From Dehalococcoidales bacterium (GTDB taxonomy: Bacteria; Chloroflexota; Dehalococcoidia; Dehalococcoidales; UBA2162), in NCBI GenBank assembly GCA_030698765.1, contig JAUYMF010000145.1:1-39654 (forward strand): a stretch of DNA of 39,654 nt, written 5' to 3'. Below the pieces are notes generated by a model that was not told the origin of the DNA, made no database searches, and saw only the letters and a list, made by a program, of their open reading frames with translations. Position numbers and translations under genes: made by a program. Shown here one piece after another: positions 34,871-39,654 of this stretch; within the stretch, counting starts at the first letter, position 1, and every line of letters starts with the position of its first letter.

Positions 34871-36655
34871 ATGACTGAATGGTATGGTTGGGCAGGCACC
34901 ATCCTCAATGTAGACCTGACCAGTATGAAGGTCTACATTGAGGAGCTATCTCCGGAGTTTGCCAGGAACTATATTGGCGGTTGCGGTTTTGGCGCCAGGA
35001 TACTCTATGATGAGGTCGACCCTGAAGTTGACCCCCTGTCACCGGAGAACGTCGTCATCATCGGTAATGGCGTATTGAGCGGAACTATCACCCCGGGCAC
35101 CAGCCGGTATAATGTCATCAGCAAATCGCCCCTCACCGGAATCTACGTTCGCTCCAGCGGCGGCGGGTTTTTTGGTCCAGAGCTGAAACTGGCGGGCTAT
35201 GACCTGATAGTCATCCGGGGCAAAGCGGAGAAGCCGGTCTATCTCTGGATCAATGATGACCACGTTGAAATCAGGGATGCCTCACATCTCTGGGGAAAAG
35301 ATACCTGGACGACACAGCAAACGATTAGAGCGGAACTGAATAACCCTGATATCCAGACGCTGAAGATCGGTCCCGCCGGAGAAAATATGTCCAACTACGC
35401 GGCGCTTATCGGAAACCTGGGGCGTGCTGCCTCTAACTTCTGTATCGCCGCTGTCTGGGGTTCCAAGAACCTCAAGGCAGTTGCTGTCAACGGTAACCGG
35501 GAAGTCAGACTGGCAAAACCGGAGGAGTTCATCTCACTCTGCAATGAACTGACAGCCCGGGCCAGGAGTGATCCAAGGTATGAAAGCCGCAGCACCTGGG
35601 GGACGATAGGCTTCGTACAGAACCCGGAAATCTGGAAGGGCGCGCCAAACCCCCTGCACCATACCGCTTTTACGGAACACTATGAGAAAAATATAAGCTG
35701 CTTTGGCTGTCACCTTCATTGCGCCCAGTTTCATCATGTCAAGTCCGGAAGACACCAGGGAGTCACCGGGGAAAGCATTGAAGGCGGGCCCCGGGGCCGC
35801 TTGATGCGACTTGAAATCAAGGACCCGGGCTTCGCGGTAAAATACAATAATTTATGTGACCAGTTGGGCGTAAATGTCAGTCACCTGGCAGAGGCATTAT
35901 GGTGGGCAATGAAGCGCTATGAAAGACGGGTTCTCACGCCGGAGGACACTGACGGGCTTGATTTAACCTGGGGTGACGAAGAGGTAATCCTGAAGGTCCT
36001 TCATCAGGTAGCCTATCGTGAAGGTTTCGGAGAAACCCTAAGCCCCTGGCCCCGCGGGGTGGCCGAAAGACTTGGAAAAGGACTGGAAGAAGAATCCCCG
36101 CATGTCAAAGGAGGCTATCACTACCGCATTGAGGAGATGGAAAATATCGGAGCCGCCTTTGGTCTTTCCGTCTCTACCCGCGGCGGCGACCACCAGATGG
36201 GTGAAGCGCCACGGCAGGCTATAAACGCCCTCTGTGATATGACCGGAACATGCAAGTGGGCGATAGCTTCTGAGGAAGGCGGCATACACATGGATGATTT
36301 CGCCAGGCTCCTGTCATTGGCTACCGGCGTGGAGTTTACCGTCGCCGACCTGGTTAACGCAACGGAACGGGAACTTCTGTTGGCGAGGGCTTTCAATGCC
36401 AGAGAAGGAATAAGGCGAGTAGATGACTATCCATACCCCTTCCATTTCCAGTTAAAGTACGGCAGGAAGCATCCCTACTATGACTACTCCGGGTTTGGTT
36501 TTAGCCTTGAGGAATATGACAGGATGCTTGATGAGTACTACCGGCAGCACGGCTGTGACCCGGAAACAGGGATACCAAGCAGGGAAAGACTCGAGTCCCT
36601 GGGACTGAGAGACGTAGCTGATGATTTAGATCGCCGCGGCATATTACCGCTATAA
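34871..36655 (+). CDS. aldehyde:ferredoxin oxidoreductase-family (tungstopterin) enzyme, paralogue 1
   Basis: AOR N-terminal domain (WAGTILNVDL..., RYNVISKSPLTG, KLAGYDLIVIRGKAEKPVYLWI, IRDASHLWGK). CFGCHLHC cluster motif, STRGGDH and DMTGTC pterin motifs. Start at ATG 34871. Confidence 0.85.
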   Translation: MTEWYGWAGTILNVDLTSMKVYIEELSPEFARNYIGGCGFGARILYDEVDPEVDPLSPENVVIIGNGVLSGTITPGTSRYNVISKSPLTGIYVRSSGGGFFGPELKLAGYDLIVIRGKAEKPVYLWINDDHVEIRDASHLWGKDTWTTQQTIRAELNNPDIQTLKIGPAGENMSNYAALIGNLGRAASNFCIAAVWGSKNLKAVAVNGNREVRLAKPEEFISLCNELTARARSDPRYESRSTWGTIGFVQNPEIWKGAPNPLHHTAFTEHYEKNISCFGCHLHCAQFHHVKSGRHQGVTGESIEGGPRGRLMRLEIKDPGFAVKYNNLCDQLGVNVSHLAEALWWAMKRYERRVLTPEDTDGLDLTWGDEEVILKVLHQVAYREGFGETLSPWPRGVAERLGKGLEEESPHVKGGYHYRIEEMENIGAAFGLSVSTRGGDHQMGEAPRQAINALCDMTGTCKWAIASEEGGIHMDDFARLLSLATGVEFTVADLVNATERELLLARAFNAREGIRRVDDYPYPFHFQLKYGRKHPYYDYSGFGFSLEEYDRMLDEYYRQHGCDPETGIPSRERLESLGLRDVADDLDRRGILPL

Positions 36656-36656
36656 T

Positions 36657-36771
36657 ATTGTCTATCTGTCCCCTATGCATTGTTCATTTTGCTTAGATAA
36701 AACATCTATTTGCTTGATTTTTCAATATCCATCTTGTTTTCCTTGATATTTTTTGCATTACAGTATATATT
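36657..36771 (+). promoter_or_regulatory. conserved upstream region copy 2 with promoter
   Basis: Aligns with 31274-31387. TTGATA 36743-36748, 17-nt spacer, TATATT 36766-36771. Confidence 0.6.
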
Positions 36772-36843
36772 GTTCCCCATATCGAATTTCTAGGAAAGTA
36801 AGAATGGTCATCTGCAATAGCTGACCTGAAGGAGGAGAAAGGG

Positions 36844-38712
36844 ATGAGAAAGAAAATTGGTTGGTTATTAATGAGTGGTCTGGTGGTTTCATCACTGGTG
36901 ATGGCATCATGCGCTCCAACCACGCCGACAACACCAACCACACCGACAACACCAACCACGCCCACTACACCCGCTACGCCAACCACACCGGCGGCACCCA
37001 TAACGCCCGCACCAACCGCGCCAGCAGCCCCAACAACAGAAGCGCCCAAATATGGCGGGGTATTAAACGTTGCTCCGATAGCAGGACTTGGGCCAATCTT
37101 TGACCCTATTAAACACACCAGTAGTCCAGCCGGGTTGCTGTCACTGGCTCAAACTAACGAGAACTTGATGGAAGGGGACTGGACCAAGGGTGCGGCGGGA
37201 AGCAATGAGAATGACTGGCTCACCTATACACCTATTCTTAAACATCTTCAACCTAATCTGGCGGAGAGTTGGGAAGTTATTGATGAGGAGACCATCATTT
37301 GGCACATCCGCAAAGGAGTCCATTACGGCCTTAACCCAAACAGTGAGGCGAGCCGCCTAGCTAACGGCCGGGAGCTAGATGCCGAAGATGTGGTCTTTTC
37401 TGTTTACTCGATGTATGAGGCGCCCAAGGCTCCGTACCTTATACGGTACTCTAATCCGGTGGAACGGCCGGTAGCGATCACAGCTTCTGACAAATACACT
37501 GTGGTCGTCAAGGTAACCAGAGGATACTTACCCGGCATATTCCAGAGAATGGCTAGCTCTTTACTCATATTGCCCCGTGATGTATATCAGCAATACGGCA
37601 ATATGCTGGACTGGAGAAACTCTGTTGGTACCGGACCATACATGCTGGTGGATGTTGTTCCTGATAGTACCGGCACCTTCATCAGGAATCCTAATTACTG
37701 GCAGACGGACCCTGTTGGCCCGGGGAAAGATAACCAGTTACCCTACCCTGATGGCATCAAGTTTTTCCTCATAAAAGATAAGTCTACGCGTTTGGCGGCA
37801 TTTCGTACCGGTAAGATTGACCTTATTGGCGAGGGGACGAATACACTTCTGTTAGAGGATGTTGCTAGTTTAGAGACAAGCGTTCGTAACCTGTCAAAGA
37901 AGAATGTCCCCGGGTCTCCCTACGGCGTAAGATTTAGAATGGACCGGCCGGAGGCCCCTTATTTTGATATCAGGGTACGACAGGCGTTGAATATGGCAAT
38001 AGACCGCGAAGCTATAGTGAGGGACTACTATCAAGGTAATGGTTTGCCAACTGACTACCCGATACAGTCTTTCCGGATTTGGATTAGTATGGGAGTAGAC
38101 CGACCGTTTGAGGAGTGGCCTGAAGAGTACCGGGAGCGTTATGTATATAACCCGGAAAAAGCGAAACAGCTGCTGACTGAAGCTGGATATTCCGATGGTT
38201 TCAAGATGGAAGTGCTTGTAAGTGCTCGTGAACAGACCTATATTGATGATTTAATGATAATCCAAGAATACTGGTCCAAAATCGGCATTGATATGATAAT
38301 AGATGTGAGGGAGCACGCTGTTTTCTCATCTATTTCTGCAGGTAAGACGCACAAAGATGCTGTATATAGTGGTGTTGGTGATGGCTCACTTTATAGCTGG
38401 GAAAGCTATCGACCAGGCGAGCCGAGTAATACGTATGTGCTTGACGACCCGGTAATTAATCAGGGTATTGACGAATTCGCCAGATATGTATTTCTGAACG
38501 ACGACAAGGCTTATGAGATAGCGGCAGAGACCTATAATTACATTGCTAAGCAAGCTTATGTGGTCGATTTCCCGACAGCATATACCTATACTCTGTGGTG
38601 GCCCTGGTTAAAGAATTACCATGGTGAGTATGTGCTAGGTACTTCTAATAACTTTGGTTTTACCAAGTATATCTGGATTGACCAGGATCTCAAGCGGTCA
38701 ATGGGGTACTAG
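36844..38712 (+). CDS. family-5 ABC substrate-binding lipoprotein, paralogue 2
   Basis: Lipobox MASC, (TPTTP)n linker, same body and C-terminal end (YIWIDQDLKRSMGY) as paralogue 1. Confidence 0.8.
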   Translation: MRKKIGWLLMSGLVVSSLVMASCAPTTPTTPTTPTTPTTPTTPATPTTPAAPITPAPTAPAAPTTEAPKYGGVLNVAPIAGLGPIFDPIKHTSSPAGLLSLAQTNENLMEGDWTKGAAGSNENDWLTYTPILKHLQPNLAESWEVIDEETIIWHIRKGVHYGLNPNSEASRLANGRELDAEDVVFSVYSMYEAPKAPYLIRYSNPVERPVAITASDKYTVVVKVTRGYLPGIFQRMASSLLILPRDVYQQYGNMLDWRNSVGTGPYMLVDVVPDSTGTFIRNPNYWQTDPVGPGKDNQLPYPDGIKFFLIKDKSTRLAAFRTGKIDLIGEGTNTLLLEDVASLETSVRNLSKKNVPGSPYGVRFRMDRPEAPYFDIRVRQALNMAIDREAIVRDYYQGNGLPTDYPIQSFRIWISMGVDRPFEEWPEEYRERYVYNPEKAKQLLTEAGYSDGFKMEVLVSAREQTYIDDLMIIQEYWSKIGIDMIIDVREHAVFSSISAGKTHKDAVYSGVGDGSLYSWESYRPGEPSNTYVLDDPVINQGIDEFARYVFLNDDKAYEIAAETYNYIAKQAYVVDFPTAYTYTLWWPWLKNYHGEYVLGTSNNFGFTKYIWIDQDLKRSMGY

Positions 38713-38742
38713 GCTCAAATTGACGGCGGGATCAGAGCAAGC

Positions 38743-38771
38743 GGCAGGGAACCACCCGGGTGGTTCCTGCC
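38743..38771 (+). terminator. GC-rich hairpin after SBP paralogue 2 (no U-tract)
   Basis: GGCAGGGAACCAC / GTGGTTCCTGCC stem with a CCGG loop; followed by ATTCGAC, so it is not a canonical intrinsic terminator. Confidence 0.3.
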
Positions 38772-38827
38772 ATTCGACTAACTCTGTAAAGCAGCTAAAG
38801 CAACCAACCACAGATACCCTCGCTTTA

Positions 38828-38857
38828 TTGACAGGAAATGCGAGGCAGATGTATCAT
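38828..38857 (+). promoter_or_regulatory. candidate promoter of AOR paralogue 2
   Basis: TTGACA 38828-38833, 18-nt spacer, TATCAT 38852-38857. Confidence 0.45.
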
Positions 38858-38929
38858 ATTAATATGGTTGATGATAGCCTGAAGCTCTCATAAAATACCC
38901 GGGAATACCAATCTTAAGGAGGAGGAGAA

Positions 38930-39654
38930 ATGTTCTACGGCTGGGCCGGAACTAATTTAGAAATTGATTTATCCAGCGGTAATATCGAAAAAAAAGAGAT
39001 TGACCGTAAAATATTCAGTACTTTCCTGGGAGCCAAGGGGACTAATGCCCGCATACTGTGGGATAGGGTCCCTCCGGAGGTTGACGCTTTCTCCCCTGAG
39101 AACCTTCTGATTGTGGGCGCGGGCGTGCTGGCCGGTACCATGGCGCCCAGCGCTAACCGTGCTACCATTACCTACAAATCACCGGTAACGGATATCCATT
39201 CCTATTCCGTGCTCGGCGGATACTTCGCCCCCAGATTGAAGTTTGCCGGCTATGACACCATTATTCTCTCAGGGAAGTCTCCGACCCCGGTCTATCTGTG
39301 GATAGATGATGACCGGGTGGAGCTGCGCGATGCCAGTCATCTCTGGGGTAAGAATACCCGTGAAACCCAGAAAATCCTTCGTGAAGAGCTGGAAGAATAC
39401 GAAATTGAAATCCTCTGTATCGGCCAGGCGGGCGAGAACCGGGTCTACTCGGCCAGTATCGAGCATGGTCCCGGCGCCAGCGCCAGTCGTGGTGGGGCCG
39501 GAGCCATCATGGGAGACAAGAGGTTAAAGGCAATCGTCGTTCACGGTACGAGGGACGTCAATGTGGCTGATCCTGCCCGGCTTGTGGAATTGAGCCAGAC
39601 AATCCTGGAAAGGACCGGTGTTGTCCGGCGGCAGATCTATGACCGGTTTGGTCA
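38930..39654 (+). CDS. aldehyde:ferredoxin oxidoreductase-family enzyme, paralogue 2 (3'-truncated by window end)
   Basis: Not in the ORF track because it is open-ended. My translation from ATG 38930 (AAGGAGGAGGAG RBS) reads MFYGWAGTNLEIDLSSG...RATITYKSPVTD...KFAGYDTIILSGKSPTPVYLWIDDDRVELRDASHLWGK...ASRGGAGAIMGDKRLKAIVVHG with no stop to 39654. Confidence 0.85.
   Translation, partial: MFYGWAGTNLEIDLSSGNIEKKEIDRKIFSTFLGAKGTNARILWDRVPPEVDAFSPENLLIVGAGVLAGTMAPSANRATITYKSPVTDIHSYSVLGGYFAPRLKFAGYDTIILSGKSPTPVYLWIDDDRVELRDASHLWGKNTRETQKILREELEEYEIEILCIGQAGENRVYSASIEHGPGASASRGGAGAIMGDKRLKAIVVHGTRDVNVADPARLVELSQTILERTGVVRRQIYDRFG

Noticed and set aside
36900-37050. Short tandem repeats (ACACCAACCACGCC-type), considered as a possible CRISPR or VNTR array.
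   Set aside because: The repeats are in-frame, contiguous with no spacers, and encode the Pro/Thr linker of the SBP lipoprotein. No CRISPR-like repeat-spacer structure exists anywhere in the window.
617-39527. Numerous antisense or alternate-frame ORFs nested in long genes, e.g. 617..829, 1908..2168, 9211..9633, 11759..12385, 14555..15109, 15994..16410, 23721..24242, 24972..25430, 28435..29196, 29542..30105, 30611..31000, 36693..37118 and 39269..39527.
   Set aside because: They overlap strongly supported genes on the other strand or frame. They are rich in Arg/Pro/Gly/Ser as expected for GC-rich shadow frames, and they lack RBSs and family motifs.

Overview
The window is mostly a housekeeping chromosomal segment from a moderately GC-rich bacterium. 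I infer Chloroflexota/Dehalococcoidia-like from gene content only. All family calls rest on motifs read by eye, with no database search.

Gene content, left to right:
- pfkA, an alpha/beta hydrolase, a DUF212/PAP2-like protein, a cyclophilin lipoprotein, an RNase-H-like exonuclease, a cyclase-family protein and ctpA.
- A clear type-A RNase P RNA (rnpB).
- A complete IS6-like insertion sequence, nested next to a MITE-like element.
- An 8-kb block: cupin, nitrilase plus AMP-ligase, an RDD plus PrsW zinc-ribbon membrane pair, pdxA-family and DUF4382 genes. It ends at a second, inverted copy of the MITE.
- def-priA-rplS-trmD, then a stripped-down mraZ-rsmH-ftsA-ftsZ cluster.
- A DUF401 permease, then nrdR-nrdJ-NYN.
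- Two tandem modules of an orphan family-5 solute-binding lipoprotein with a tungsten-type aldehyde:ferredoxin oxidoreductase. Both share a ~115-bp upstream region.

Most interesting findings:
1. A type-I-toxin-like module in the IS right end: a 24-aa hydrophobic ORF with a hairpin-sequestered Shine-Dalgarno, 13-nt 5'/3' fold-back arms, and a promoter inside the IS inverted repeat.
2. The IS itself carries a translationally coupled membrane-protein passenger and sits about 10 bp upstream of the rnpB -35 box.
3. A structured 223-232-bp MITE family with 8-bp target duplications and termini that resemble the IS ends.
4. The duplicated SBP-AOR modules with a conserved regulatory region.

No CRISPR array, tRNA or rRNA was seen.
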